57,855 bases of DNA from Chlamydiota bacterium (lineage in GTDB: Bacteria > Chlamydiota > Chlamydiia > Chlamydiales > Rhabdochlamydiaceae). The stretch spans positions 1-57,855 of the forward strand of contig CANNLR010000001.1 in NCBI GenBank assembly GCA_947505635.1, in the 5' to 3' direction. This document shows, in pieces, positions 9,493-19,414 of this stretch; position 1 is the stretch's first letter, and each line of letters opens with the position of its first letter. The translations under genes were made by a program, and so were the position numbers. The notes beneath the pieces were generated by a model that was not told the DNA's origin, did no database searches, and worked only from the letters and a program-made list of their open reading frames with translations.

Positions 9493-10734
9493 ATGAAGAT
9501 AGCTTTTCGTTACATGCTTTTTTTATGTCTACTTATTCTTCCAGCCTTTGGCATGGCTACCATCAGTGCTGGGGTTGGTAAAACTGAGATAATGCCTCCT
9601 ATAGGAACTCCTTCTGCGGGATATACAGATCGTAAGGGAGAGGGAATGAAAGGGATTCATGATCCTCTTTTAGCCATTGCTCTTTTTATCGATAACGGAG
9701 AAAAGAAGATCGCTTTTTGCAGTGTAGATCATTTAGGTTTTACCTATGATATGGTAAGCGCTATTACGCAAAAAGTTCATAGCAAGCGAGAGCTTGCGGA
9801 TTGTGAGATATATATAGCCTCTTCCCATACACATTCTGGAGGCGGAGCCTATCTAAATATTCCGGGGTTAGGAGAAAGTTTAGCTGGAGTCTACAGCGTA
9901 GATATTACCCAATTTTATATAGAAAGAACTGTGGAAGCAATCTTTCAGGCCTACCAAAATAGGATCCTCGCTAAAGTGGGAATCGGCTATGAGAAGGCAG
10001 GGGTTCTAAGCAAATATCGAGGCCTTTATCCAAAGGATGTTACTCCTCTTTCTGATGTCACTGTTATCAAAGTTACGACTTTAGAAGACGCTCCTTTAGC
10101 TGTTTTATTTAACTATCCAGTACATCCTACTATATTGAAAAGTCAAAATCGTCTTTTTTCAGCAGACTTTGTTGGCTATACAAGAGATCATTTACAGACT
10201 TCTTTAGGCGGCAAGATGCAGCCTATTTATTTCAATGGAGCCCAAGGAGATATACTTCCTGTTATTTCTAATGAAGAGGATCTTTTTGATTCTTGTGATC
10301 ACTTAGCCAAATCATTAGCAGGAACTGTAAAGACAATCTGGGATAGAGTGAAGGCAGAAGAAACCTTACAGATCGCTACACAAAAAGAGTCCTATAGTTT
10401 TACCCCTAAGGCGACGCCCTTTGGGCTTATTCTCCCTATGGACCTTTATAAAACAGAGATGAACTTGATTGTTTTAAATCGGTTTCATGCTTTCATAACA
10501 ATACCAGGCGAGCTTAGTTGCCTTTATGACAAAAAGCTAAAAGAATTCGGAAGTACATTAGGCTTTACTCATGTCTCAATTTTTGGGCTAACCAACGATG
10601 CTCATGGCTATATTATTTTGCCGGAATCTTGGCAGCATAAGACCATGGAATCGGGACTTTCCTTTGGAGGAGAAAGTTATGGAGACATAACAGAAAAACG
10701 AGCCGAAGAGCTTTTAAAAGCGCAAAAGCCTTGA
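9493..10734 (+). CDS. Exported neutral/alkaline ceramidase N-terminal-domain protein
   Basis: Signal peptide; G.HDPL, SHTHSG, NYPVHPT, SADF.G, NGAQGD, PGE and GYI motifs; GGAGG SD before 9493. Confidence 0.8.
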   Translation: MKIAFRYMLFLCLLILPAFGMATISAGVGKTEIMPPIGTPSAGYTDRKGEGMKGIHDPLLAIALFIDNGEKKIAFCSVDHLGFTYDMVSAITQKVHSKRELADCEIYIASSHTHSGGGAYLNIPGLGESLAGVYSVDITQFYIERTVEAIFQAYQNRILAKVGIGYEKAGVLSKYRGLYPKDVTPLSDVTVIKVTTLEDAPLAVLFNYPVHPTILKSQNRLFSADFVGYTRDHLQTSLGGKMQPIYFNGAQGDILPVISNEEDLFDSCDHLAKSLAGTVKTIWDRVKAEETLQIATQKESYSFTPKATPFGLILPMDLYKTEMNLIVLNRFHAFITIPGELSCLYDKKLKEFGSTLGFTHVSIFGLTNDAHGYIILPESWQHKTMESGLSFGGESYGDITEKRAEELLKAQKP

Positions 10735-10784
10735 GGTTGTTATTTTATAACTATCCTATTAAAGCTTTTGTCTTCTAATTTTTG

Positions 10785-12141
10785 TTATCCCCATAGTAGT
10801 TTCTGTATTGTCGTATAGCAATTTTCAGAAGTAACTACATCTGTTGTTGCCGCATTTAAACTTTGCGATTGAATTCCATCTTTTTTAACTTCCATTTTTG
10901 GTTTAGAGTCTTGGATGGCTTCTTTTGGTTTTTGTATAAATGTACTCTTAGGAATAGGGAAAGCCTCTTTTAAGACTTCTGAAGTGGGAGCTTTTGTATG
11001 ATCAAAAGATACCATTGCCTTGATAAGTTACCTTTGTTGAGGATTAAATATGTTTAACATTTTTTGTAATTCAGAATCCTCTTTGAGCTGAGAGGGGCAC
11101 CTGTTAATAAATTGGTGCGGATAGTGATCGGTTTTTGATTTTTGTTTACAGTCTACAAGAGAAAGTCCTTTAGAGAAGGCATGAGCCATTTGATAAAATG
11201 TAGATCCCGTTGCGAAAAGATCGCAAGATATAGCTAAAGCTTGGGCTTCTTGTAGGTTTGCTTGTCCTGATAATTTAGCCTTTAGTGAAGGAAGAGTCAT
11301 GACCGTACTCATAGTAACATCTCCGGTTTGAAGTCTATTAGCGGTTTTTTCATCAGAAAAATCAAGGCAATCATTCAAATCTATGATTTGAAAAGAGTTA
11401 TTCTTTGTTTTGCAGATGTTAGCAGGTTTGATGTCCATATGGCAAATGTCTGCTTTATGCAATGCGTCTAGTTGATGAAGAGTATGGGAAAAGAAGCGAA
11501 AGAGTTCTTTCCTAGAGGAGAATTTGATGTGATCACAGTCTTCGAGTAAGACTGTTTCAGAATGGGATAAATCGATTACTTTACGTATTTTTAAACCACT
11601 TTTGTAATCATATAGATAAAAAGTTTTTTGGCCTAAAGGATGGATCTTCTTTTTTGGCAGGCCAATTTCTTGGTAAGAAGCTGCTGTTCTTTTTGCTGCG
11701 ATTTCTTCTAGCTGTAACCCTCTATGATAATCGCTAAGCCTAGTCTTTTCTTTTCGACTTTTTATCGCCTCAGTAGGAGTGATGAAGCAGCGGTAGAAAT
11801 TACCTTCTTTTACGGTGCAGTGGCTAAATCCCCAAAGACTCGGATTTGATTTGTATTCTCCTTTAAAACGGTCGTGATAGATTCCTTTATCGTAAGATTT
11901 ACCTTCTTCCACCTTGGCGGTCTTTGATGTAGGAGCTGTAAGGAGTACATGAGTGCATTTTTTAGATGTTGCAGAAAGGGCGTCAAGATCAGAAAGAGAG
12001 TGGGCTCTTGTGAGTTTAGGGGAAGGAGGAGTAACATCTTTATTTTCAAAAGACTTGCTCCTAACTCTAGTTACTTTAGTATCCTGAGCTGAAGGTGCTG
12101 GAATGGATAGTCTCCATTTTTAAAGATATAGAAGAAGACAT
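10785..12141 (-). pseudogene. Eukaryote-like Ser/Thr protein kinase, disrupted by a frameshift and a nonsense codon
   Basis: EGNF, AIK, HMDIKPAN, IIDL and DLFATG motifs. An in-frame TAA at 11028-11030 separates subdomain XI (LIKAMVSFDHTKAPT). The ATG at 12141 is out of frame at the A5 run 12117-12121. Confidence 0.75.
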
Positions 12142-12269
12142 GAAAAACACCTAATAGAGTAATGTTAAATGAAGTATTTTTGAGAACGATTTTATTAAAG
12201 TATATATAAATAATAAGTATTGAAATGAGCTGCGTTAGATTTTTTTGAGTTCGAATTTTTAGTACAAAA

Positions 12270-12318
12270 TGCACCCTATCATGCCATATTGATGGTATAT
12301 TAGGCATGGTAGGGTACA
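12270..12318 (-). terminator. Long hairpin terminator downstream of the ABC-F gene
   Basis: TGTACCCTACCATGCC / GGCATGATAGGGTGCA stem followed by TTTT on the minus strand. Confidence 0.65.
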
Positions 12319-12331
12319 AAATGGATCTTAA

Positions 12332-14056
12332 TTATACTTCGTATAGCTTATTGAGCTCTAGGTAAGCTTCATCAATCTTTTGCTTAAGCTTTTCTGAAGC
12401 TAAAAGAAGTCTCTCACTTTCTTTAAGAGTATTTTTTTCATAAGAAAGGGCGAGAAGCGCTTCCACCTCTTGGAGCTCTTTTTCTTCTTTTTCTATCTGA
12501 TTTTCTAGTTGAGCTGTTTTATTTGAAGCAGGCTTCTTCTGAGGAGGTAATACGTTTTTAACCTTTTTCTGGATAATAGGTTCATCCCAGCCGTCCTTTT
12601 CTAAGAATTCTTCGTAGGTTCCTAAGAAAATACGTTGGTTTTCTTTTTCTGCAATGATGAGATAGTCGGTTCCCATTTTCTTTAATAATTCTTCACTATG
12701 AGTAACTAAGACAATAGATCCCTCGAAAACTTCAATAGCTTGCAATAGGGCATCTATGGATTCGATATCCAAGTGGTGAGTAGGTTCATCTAAAAGAAGA
12801 AGGTTCGTAGGTCCAGCTAAGATTTTCCCTAGAAGGACTCGACTTTTTTCTCCCCCAGATAGAACAGATATTTTCTTTCTGGCGGCATCTTGACTAAACA
12901 TCATTTGGCCGCAAATGGCTCTGATACGAGAGTAGGGGAGGTTTGGACCTGCTAAGGCAATTTCTTCTTCAATGGTTAGCTCAGGATTTAAACGAGATAC
13001 GTTAGTTTGACCAAAGTAACCAACTCTTGTTTGATCTGATCTCCAAAGGACTCCCTCTTGTGGAGTAAGTTCTCCTGCTATTAATTGTAAAAGAGTGGAT
13101 TTACCCATTCCATTTTTCCCGATGATGGCGATCTTTTTTCCTTTTTCAATTTCTAAAGAAACATCTTGGATAAGAGGAACGCTTGGGGTGTAGGAGAAAA
13201 AGACTTCATTTAATGTGGTCATTTTCTTTCCTGAAAAGGGGAGGTAAGAAAAAGAAAAGGAAAGGTCATAGATAGAGGCTAGCTGTGTGAGAACGGGAAG
13301 TTTAGCTAAAGATTTTTCTTTAGATTTAGCTTGAGCAGCTTTACTAGCTTTTGCTCCAAAGCGTTCAATAAACTCTTCTGCATGTTTTTTTTTCTTATCG
13401 AGGTTAAGACGAGTTTTTTCATAAATTTCTTCTTCTTCCAAGATCTTTTGGTAGTAATTTTCTGTATTACCTTGGTACTTTCTGATCTCTTGGCGATGAA
13501 GGCCCATAGTATGGGTGGCTATAGCATCTAAAAAACCTCGGTCATGGGAAATACAGACGATTTCCCCTTTCCATTTTTTAAGGTAGTTTTCTAGCCAACG
13601 AAGACCTGCTATATCTAGATAGTTAGTCGGTTCATCTAGAAGAAGGCAGTTCGGTTCTTCGGCAAGAAGTTTTGCTAGTTTAAGTCTTAGGTGATAACCT
13701 CCAGATAAAGAAGCAGGATCAGCATCAAGCATGAGATCGTCAAATCCAAGTCCGAATAAGATGCTTTCTACTTCATAAGGCTGTTTTCGTATGGGGCCAT
13801 GTAAGGCTTCTTCTAGTACAGTAGCTTCAGTTATTTGAATATGTTGTTCTAAAAAGCCTAGTTTATATCCTTTAGGGCAGCGGACGTTGCCTCCATCAGA
13901 GTTTTCTTCTCCTTTAAGAATTTTTAAAAGAGTTGTTTTACCTGAGCCATTTCTTCCAACAAAAGCACAGCGTTCTCCTTTTTGAATACAGAAGGAAAGC
14001 TCCGTGAATAGGGGGACTCCAGAATAACTTTTACAAAGGTTGTCTACTTGTAGCAT
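12332..14056 (-). CDS. ABC-F family ribosome-associated ATPase
   Basis: Two NBDs (GRNGSGKT / GKNGMGKS, LSGG, LLLDEPT), no TM segments, C-terminal coiled coil. Confidence 0.93.
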   Translation of the reverse strand: MLQVDNLCKSYSGVPLFTELSFCIQKGERCAFVGRNGSGKTTLLKILKGEENSDGGNVRCPKGYKLGFLEQHIQITEATVLEEALHGPIRKQPYEVESILFGLGFDDLMLDADPASLSGGYHLRLKLAKLLAEEPNCLLLDEPTNYLDIAGLRWLENYLKKWKGEIVCISHDRGFLDAIATHTMGLHRQEIRKYQGNTENYYQKILEEEEIYEKTRLNLDKKKKHAEEFIERFGAKASKAAQAKSKEKSLAKLPVLTQLASIYDLSFSFSYLPFSGKKMTTLNEVFFSYTPSVPLIQDVSLEIEKGKKIAIIGKNGMGKSTLLQLIAGELTPQEGVLWRSDQTRVGYFGQTNVSRLNPELTIEEEIALAGPNLPYSRIRAICGQMMFSQDAARKKISVLSGGEKSRVLLGKILAGPTNLLLLDEPTHHLDIESIDALLQAIEVFEGSIVLVTHSEELLKKMGTDYLIIAEKENQRIFLGTYEEFLEKDGWDEPIIQKKVKNVLPPQKKPASNKTAQLENQIEKEEKELQEVEALLALSYEKNTLKESERLLLASEKLKQKIDEAYLELNKLYEV

Positions 14057-14072
14057 GAAAGTTCCTTATAAA

Positions 14073-14109
14073 AAAAAAGCTTCGCCTATAGTTAAGGCGA
14101 AGCTTTTTT
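14073..14109. terminator. Intrinsic (bidirectional-type) terminator between deaD and the ABC-F gene
   Basis: Perfect 15-bp stem AAAAAAGCTTCGCCT-atagtta-AGGCGAAGCTTTTTT. Confidence 0.85.
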
Positions 14110-14125
14110 GTTGTAGAATTTCTTT

Positions 14126-15757
14126 TTAGAATTTCTTTTTAGGTTTCTTAATTCCAGCAGGATGATCGAATTTCTTTTTTGGATAGGATCCAAAACTGTC
14201 AGGTTGCGATCTTTCTGTTCTTCCTCTATTTTGAGATCCAAAATTATCAGAGTAAGATCTTTCAGGTCTTGCTCTATCTTGAGATCCAAAACTATCAGAA
14301 TAAGATCTTTCCGGTCTTCCTCTACCTTGAGATCCAAAATTATCAGAGTAAGATCTTTCTGGTCTTCCTCTACCTTGAGATCCAAAAGATCTTCGAGTGT
14401 CACGTCTTTCTGAAACAGGTTTTGCAGCAGAAATGGCATCTAAAATTCCAATAGTCTCAGGTCCGTTGATAGGATTCTTAGCTAAGATCCAGCTTAAGAG
14501 CTTAGAAGATAGTGTTTGAAGATCCATTGTCTCTTGAACTGAATTCACAACATTTGGAATGTCAGCAGAAGGGACTTGGTCTTTAATTTGGCCAAGAATC
14601 TTTTGTATTTGGAAAGCGCGGATTTGTTGCTTAGAAGGAATAAAAAGTCTTTCCATCGTTCCTTTGATAACTTTTTGGAAGTATACAAGTTTGCTATACT
14701 CTTTAGGAGTTACAAAAGTAATAGAAGATCCTTTTCGACCAGCTCTAGCTGTACGGCCAATGCGGTGTACATAGTTTTCAGGATCAAAGGGAAGGTGATA
14801 GTTAACAACATGGCTGACATCTACAATGTTAAGACCTCTTGCTGCTACGTCTGTAGCGACAAGGATCATACATTTTCCTGATCTAAACTGTTGTGTTACT
14901 TGTTCTCTTTGAGATTGTTCCATATCTCCATGAAGAGAGCTAGCAGATTGTCCTCTTTGTGTGAAAACTTGTGTCAGTCTGTCAACTTCTTTTTTAGTCT
15001 TACAGAAGATGATAGATTTCCCCATGTCAATGGCTTCAAAAAGACGAATAACAGCTTCATCTCTTTCGTGATCTTGCATGACACAATAGTGTTGTGTGAT
15101 GTCATCGTTGCAGGTTTGAGTTTGCGCAGCCTTGACAACAACTGGATTTTTTAAAATATTTCTAGCTAGTGATTGAATAGCAGAAGGCATAGTAGCTGAA
15201 AACATCAAGGTTTGTCTGTCTGCAGGAAGAAATTCAAAAATTGCTTGTAAGTCTTCTAAAAAGCCCATATCAAGCATTTCATCAGCTTCGTCGATGATGA
15301 CGATAGATGGGTTGATTGCTGGGATTTTCTTACCTTGCAAGAGGTCTAGTAGTCGACCTGGTGTCGCTACAATTACTTGAGCGCCTCTTTTGATGGCATC
15401 GATTTGAGTTTGGAAGGACTTTCCACCATATACAGTTGCTGTTCTTATGTGTAAAAAAGTACCTAAGCGAGAAATTTCTTCACTAACTTGAGAAGCAAGT
15501 TCTCTTGTAGGAGTGATAACAAGAATTTCTGCCTTTCCTGTATTTTTTAAAAGGTTTAGAGCAGGGAGAGAAAAAGCAGCTGTTTTTCCTGTTCCTGTTT
15601 GCGCATGTCCTATAACGTCAACACCTGTTAAAATAAGAGGTATGACTTCTTGTTGAATAGGGCTTGGTGTTTTAAAACCTAATTTTGTTAAGCCATCTAA
15701 TAGTTCTTTTTTAAGACCTAGGCTTTCAAAGCCTGTTGCTTCTTGTATTGTATCCAT
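14126..15757 (-). CDS. deaD: DEAD-box RNA helicase (DeaD/CshA-like)
   Basis: Q motif, AQTGTGKT, PTRELA, TPGR, DEAD, SAT, ARGL and HRIGRTAR motifs. Confidence 0.93.
   Translation of the reverse strand: MDTIQEATGFESLGLKKELLDGLTKLGFKTPSPIQQEVIPLILTGVDVIGHAQTGTGKTAAFSLPALNLLKNTGKAEILVITPTRELASQVSEEISRLGTFLHIRTATVYGGKSFQTQIDAIKRGAQVIVATPGRLLDLLQGKKIPAINPSIVIIDEADEMLDMGFLEDLQAIFEFLPADRQTLMFSATMPSAIQSLARNILKNPVVVKAAQTQTCNDDITQHYCVMQDHERDEAVIRLFEAIDMGKSIIFCKTKKEVDRLTQVFTQRGQSASSLHGDMEQSQREQVTQQFRSGKCMILVATDVAARGLNIVDVSHVVNYHLPFDPENYVHRIGRTARAGRKGSSITFVTPKEYSKLVYFQKVIKGTMERLFIPSKQQIRAFQIQKILGQIKDQVPSADIPNVVNSVQETMDLQTLSSKLLSWILAKNPINGPETIGILDAISAAKPVSERRDTRRSFGSQGRGRPERSYSDNFGSQGRGRPERSYSDSFGSQDRARPERSYSDNFGSQNRGRTERSQPDSFGSYPKKKFDHPAGIKKPKKKF
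14187..14395 (-). repeat. 48-bp coding tandem repeat (about 4.3 copies) in the helicase tail
   Basis: GATCCAAAA recurs at 14187, 14235, 14283, 14331 and 14379; the unit encodes FGSQGRGRPERSYSDN. Confidence 0.95.
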
Positions 15758-15971
15758 TTAGTTGTCTCCTCATGAGGTGATGGATTTTTGTGGTATTTTT
15801 GACTTTATGCCATCCTTTCGCCAATACACTCAAAAATCTCAAGACTTGAAAAGTCATGGAAAATAAAAAATTGAAGCAAGCAGTCAAAACAAATGAATTT
15901 AATCATTATCGAAAATAAGATATCATGAATAGGCAATTTAAAAAAAGAAGAATAAAAAACAAGGTATTTTC

Positions 15972-17750
15972 ATGACATTGATTCTTAGTGCGCACGCTCT
16001 TTCTAAATCTCACGGATCTCAAAATCTTTTTACTGATATCTCATTTTCCCTCTATGAAGGGGACAGAATGGGGTTAGTAGGACCTAATGGCGCAGGAAAG
16101 TCTACTCTATTAAAAATTTTAGTAGGTATGGAAGATTCAGACTCAGGAAAGTTAGCAAAAAAACAGGGAGTTAGAATTGCTTATGCGGGGCAATCTCCAG
16201 AATTCCCTGAAAAAACTATTGAACAGATTATGCTTGAATCAAACAAGATGCTTTCTCAAGACGAAGCCTGGGTAAAAGCTCAAGTCCTATTGCATAAGGC
16301 AGGATTTACCGATTATACGCAAGAAGCTTCAAGATTGTCGGGTGGATGGAAAAAAAGATTAGATATCGTAAGGGCTCTTATGCAAGAGCCTGATCTTATT
16401 CTTTTGGATGAGCCAACAAACCACTTAGATTTAGAGGGTATCGCTTGGCTAGAAAAGTTTTTACAAAAAGAGAGAGCCTCTTATCTTATAGTAAGTCACG
16501 ATCGCCATTTTTTAGATGTTATCTGTACGAAGGTAGTTGAGTTGAATCGTTGTTTTCCTAAGGGAGTTTTTACTTGTGATGGGAATTGGTCTACTTTTAC
16601 AGAAAGAAGAGAAGGGTTTTTAAAGGCTCAGCTTGAAGAAGAAAGAAGCTTAGCTTCTACAGTGCGAGATGAAGTGGATTGGATGAGAAGATCTCCTAAA
16701 GCGCGTACAACAAAGTCTAAATCGAGGATGGAAAGAGCTGAGAATGCTATACAAGATTTACAAGAGCTAAATCAAAGAAATCAAACATCTAAGGTTGGGG
16801 TGGACTTTGTCTCTTCAGAAAGGGAGACTCGAAATTTAATTGTTTGTAATAATTTAGGAAAATCCCTTGGTGGTAAAGTTCTTTTTAAAGGAGTAGATTT
16901 TAAACTTTCTCCTAGAAGTCGTCTTGGAATTGTAGGGAAAAATGGAACAGGAAAGACAACTCTTTTAAAAATTCTTTCCGGTGAAATCACCCAAGATATA
17001 GGAACTGTGAAGTATGCACAAGACCTAAAGCTTGTTTATTTTGATCAACATCGAGAGACTTTGGATCCCAATATCACCCTTCGAGAAGCCCTCTCTCCTG
17101 GAGGAGATTTTGTGAAATTCCAAGGACAACTCATCCATGTTAATGGATGGGCTAAGAAATTTCTTTTCTTTCCAGATCGACTTAATCTTCCGGTTCATTG
17201 TTTGTCCGGGGGGGAAAGAGCTCGTATCTTGCTAGCTAGGTTAATGTTGCAGCCAGCCGATGTTTTATTTTTAGATGAACCAACAAATGATCTAGATATT
17301 GCTACATTGGAAGTTATAGAAAATAGTTTACTTGAGTTTCCAGGCGCTATTGTTTTAATTTCCCATGATCGATTTTTGATGGACCGTGTTTGTACTGAAA
17401 TTTTGGGATTGGGTCAAGATAAAGAGCAAGGGCTTTTTGCAGATTTATCCCAATGGGAAGAGGCTTCTCGAGATTTGGAAAAGAAAAAAGAAAAGGAAGA
17501 AAAGGCTGCTATAGCTGTTAACCGCCCTAAAAAACTTCCTTATAAAGAGCAAAGGGAGTTAGAGGGGATGGAGCCTGCTATTTTACTCGCAGAGGGAAAC
17601 TTGCGCACCTTGCAAAAAAAACTGGAAGAGAATTTAGATCCTAAAGAAGCTCTTCTTACCTATGAACAGTTGGGAAGTATTCAAGTGTCCTTAGATTCTT
17701 TGTATGAACGTTGGCAAGTTTTATTAGATAAGGTTTCCTCCGCTTCATAA
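15972..17750 (+). CDS. uup: ABC-F family ATPase (Uup-like)
   Basis: Two NBDs, interdomain linker W...PKARTTKSKSR and a Uup-like C-terminal coiled coil (LYERW). Confidence 0.85.
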   Translation: MTLILSAHALSKSHGSQNLFTDISFSLYEGDRMGLVGPNGAGKSTLLKILVGMEDSDSGKLAKKQGVRIAYAGQSPEFPEKTIEQIMLESNKMLSQDEAWVKAQVLLHKAGFTDYTQEASRLSGGWKKRLDIVRALMQEPDLILLDEPTNHLDLEGIAWLEKFLQKERASYLIVSHDRHFLDVICTKVVELNRCFPKGVFTCDGNWSTFTERREGFLKAQLEEERSLASTVRDEVDWMRRSPKARTTKSKSRMERAENAIQDLQELNQRNQTSKVGVDFVSSERETRNLIVCNNLGKSLGGKVLFKGVDFKLSPRSRLGIVGKNGTGKTTLLKILSGEITQDIGTVKYAQDLKLVYFDQHRETLDPNITLREALSPGGDFVKFQGQLIHVNGWAKKFLFFPDRLNLPVHCLSGGERARILLARLMLQPADVLFLDEPTNDLDIATLEVIENSLLEFPGAIVLISHDRFLMDRVCTEILGLGQDKEQGLFADLSQWEEASRDLEKKKEKEEKAAIAVNRPKKLPYKEQRELEGMEPAILLAEGNLRTLQKKLEENLDPKEALLTYEQLGSIQVSLDSLYERWQVLLDKVSSAS

Positions 17751-18055
17751 TCTACTACTTTTAAATCATCGGGGATTGTTGCTGGTTTTGGTAGGATTAG
17801 GCGTGGCATTATTCTAAAGGCAGAGCTGGAACTTTTAGATAAAGGGGATGTGCTTTTTGAGGAAGAGTCTTGTGCCGTGATAGAGTTGTCTTTTAAGCTC
17901 TTTGAAGAGGTAGAGGTGGGTGAGGTTTTTGGATCGCTAAAAAACAGCTTTTGAATTTTTTCATCAGCTGTTTTTTTGGGAGGGGCTTTTTCTGCCCAAC
18001 GCTCAGTGGTATTTATTTGAGAATTTGTGTCTTTTAAAGATCCAGGTATGTTCAT
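17681..18055 (-). CDS. Ser/Thr/Pro-rich hypothetical protein
   Basis: 124-aa ORF fills the intergenic space, with GGA upstream; its 3' end overlaps the uup end by 70 nt. Confidence 0.55.
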   Translation of the reverse strand: MNIPGSLKDTNSQINTTERWAEKAPPKKTADEKIQKLFFSDPKTSPTSTSSKSLKDNSITAQDSSSKSTSPLSKSSSSAFRIMPRLILPKPATIPDDLKVVDYEAEETLSNKTCQRSYKESKDT

Positions 18056-18210
18056 TTTGGTCCGTATTGTAATTATGATTTTTTGCCGATTCTATAATAA
18101 GATAGAATGTGACACAAGAGCTTATTTTGAATTATGTTCCTGTTTTTAAGTGATTTTATATATATTAAAATTTAATTTGTCAGTATTTGTAATAAAAAGG
18201 TCTCTTTTCA

Positions 18211-18239
18211 TTGCAAAAAAAAATAATACATGGTATCAT
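18211..18239 (+). promoter_or_regulatory. Sigma70/sigma66-type promoter of brnQ
   Basis: TTGCAA-N17-TATCAT with an extended -10 TG; this implies a start at 18263 rather than 18230. Confidence 0.6.
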
Positions 18240-18262
18240 TTTATGGAAATAAGAGAGGTTTA

Positions 18263-19414
18263 ATGAATAGAAAACTATTAATTTTAAGTACTGGATTTGC
18301 TTTGTTTTCGATGTTTTTCGGGTCTGGTAACTTAGTATTCCCTATCACAGTCGGTCAACAAAGTGAAGGTCATTTTTTATTAGCCGCGCTAGGAATCTTA
18401 CTTACTGGGGTTGTGGTCCCTCTTTTAGGTGTACTAGGAATGATGCTGTATAAGGGATCTATAAAAAATTTCTTTTCTTCTTTAGGAGGAGTGGGAACAT
18501 TTGTTTTTTCATTTGGAGCCCTAGCTCTCATGGGTCCCTTTGGCGTCCTAGCCCGATGTTTCACTGTAGCACATGGAGCTGTAGAAGGCTTATTGCCATC
18601 GCTCCCTCTTGTTGTAACCAGCTTCGTGTTTTGTTTAGCTATTTATCTTACAACAATTAAAAAAAACACTGTAATACCTATGCTAGGATCAATTCTTACC
18701 CCTTTACTTTTGACAGCTATTGCAGCCATTGCGTTTTTTGCTTTCCAGGGCGATGCCCCCGTTGCAGTTGTAATGCATAAGGTAGGTGGTTGGAATGCTT
18801 TTAAAAATGGCTTTTTTCAGGGCTATCAAACGATGGACCTCTTAGCTGCTTTCTTTTTTTCTGTTTTTGTGATTCAACACTTGCAATCAGCAAAAAAACA
18901 AGAGACTACAGAAAAGGGTTATTTAAAAATATTCTTGCAGTCTGCTGGCTTAGGGGGTGGCGTTTTAGCTGCCGTTTATACCGTGCTAGTAGTTTTGGGA
19001 CATAAATATGCCCCATCTTTATCTTCGCTAGCTCCTCAAGAGATGCTTCGCCACATCGCAGGGCAGACACTAGGATCTATGGCAGCTCCTTGCCTTTGTG
19101 TTCTGATTGTGCTCGCTTGTTTTACGACAGCAATTGTGTTAGCTTCTCTTTTTTCTGATTTTTTACAAAAAGAAGTTCTTAAAGGGAAAGTCAATCATCA
19201 TGTGTCTATGATCATTACTTTAGCTATTGGATTTTCCGTGTCTACGTTAGGTTTTTCAGGGATTGCAAGATTTTTAGGTCCTGTCTTAGAAGTTGTGTAT
19301 CCTGCCTTGATCATGTTGACTCTTGTAAATATCGCCCATAAATTTTGGGGTGTTAAAAACTCTCATTGGCCTGTAACACTGACTTTTGTTGCCCGTCTTT
19401 GTATGGCTATTTAA
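18263..19414 (+). CDS. brnQ: Branched-chain amino acid:cation symporter
   Basis: FALFSMFFGSGNLVFP, GYQTMDLLAA, ACFTT and YP motifs. Confidence 0.92.
   Translation: MNRKLLILSTGFALFSMFFGSGNLVFPITVGQQSEGHFLLAALGILLTGVVVPLLGVLGMMLYKGSIKNFFSSLGGVGTFVFSFGALALMGPFGVLARCFTVAHGAVEGLLPSLPLVVTSFVFCLAIYLTTIKKNTVIPMLGSILTPLLLTAIAAIAFFAFQGDAPVAVVMHKVGGWNAFKNGFFQGYQTMDLLAAFFFSVFVIQHLQSAKKQETTEKGYLKIFLQSAGLGGGVLAAVYTVLVVLGHKYAPSLSSLAPQEMLRHIAGQTLGSMAAPCLCVLIVLACFTTAIVLASLFSDFLQKEVLKGKVNHHVSMIITLAIGFSVSTLGFSGIARFLGPVLEVVYPALIMLTLVNIAHKFWGVKNSHWPVTLTFVARLCMAI

Noticed and set aside
12117..12124. T_TTA_AAA slippery heptamer as a programmed -1 frameshift for the kinase
   Set aside because: The -1 frame ends at ...LRILK*. 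The kinase needs the +1 frame, and a second lesion exists downstream.
14092..14454. Three repetitive ORFs (one leucine-rich) overlapping deaD
   Set aside because: They are alternative-frame and antisense read-outs of the 48-bp repeat.
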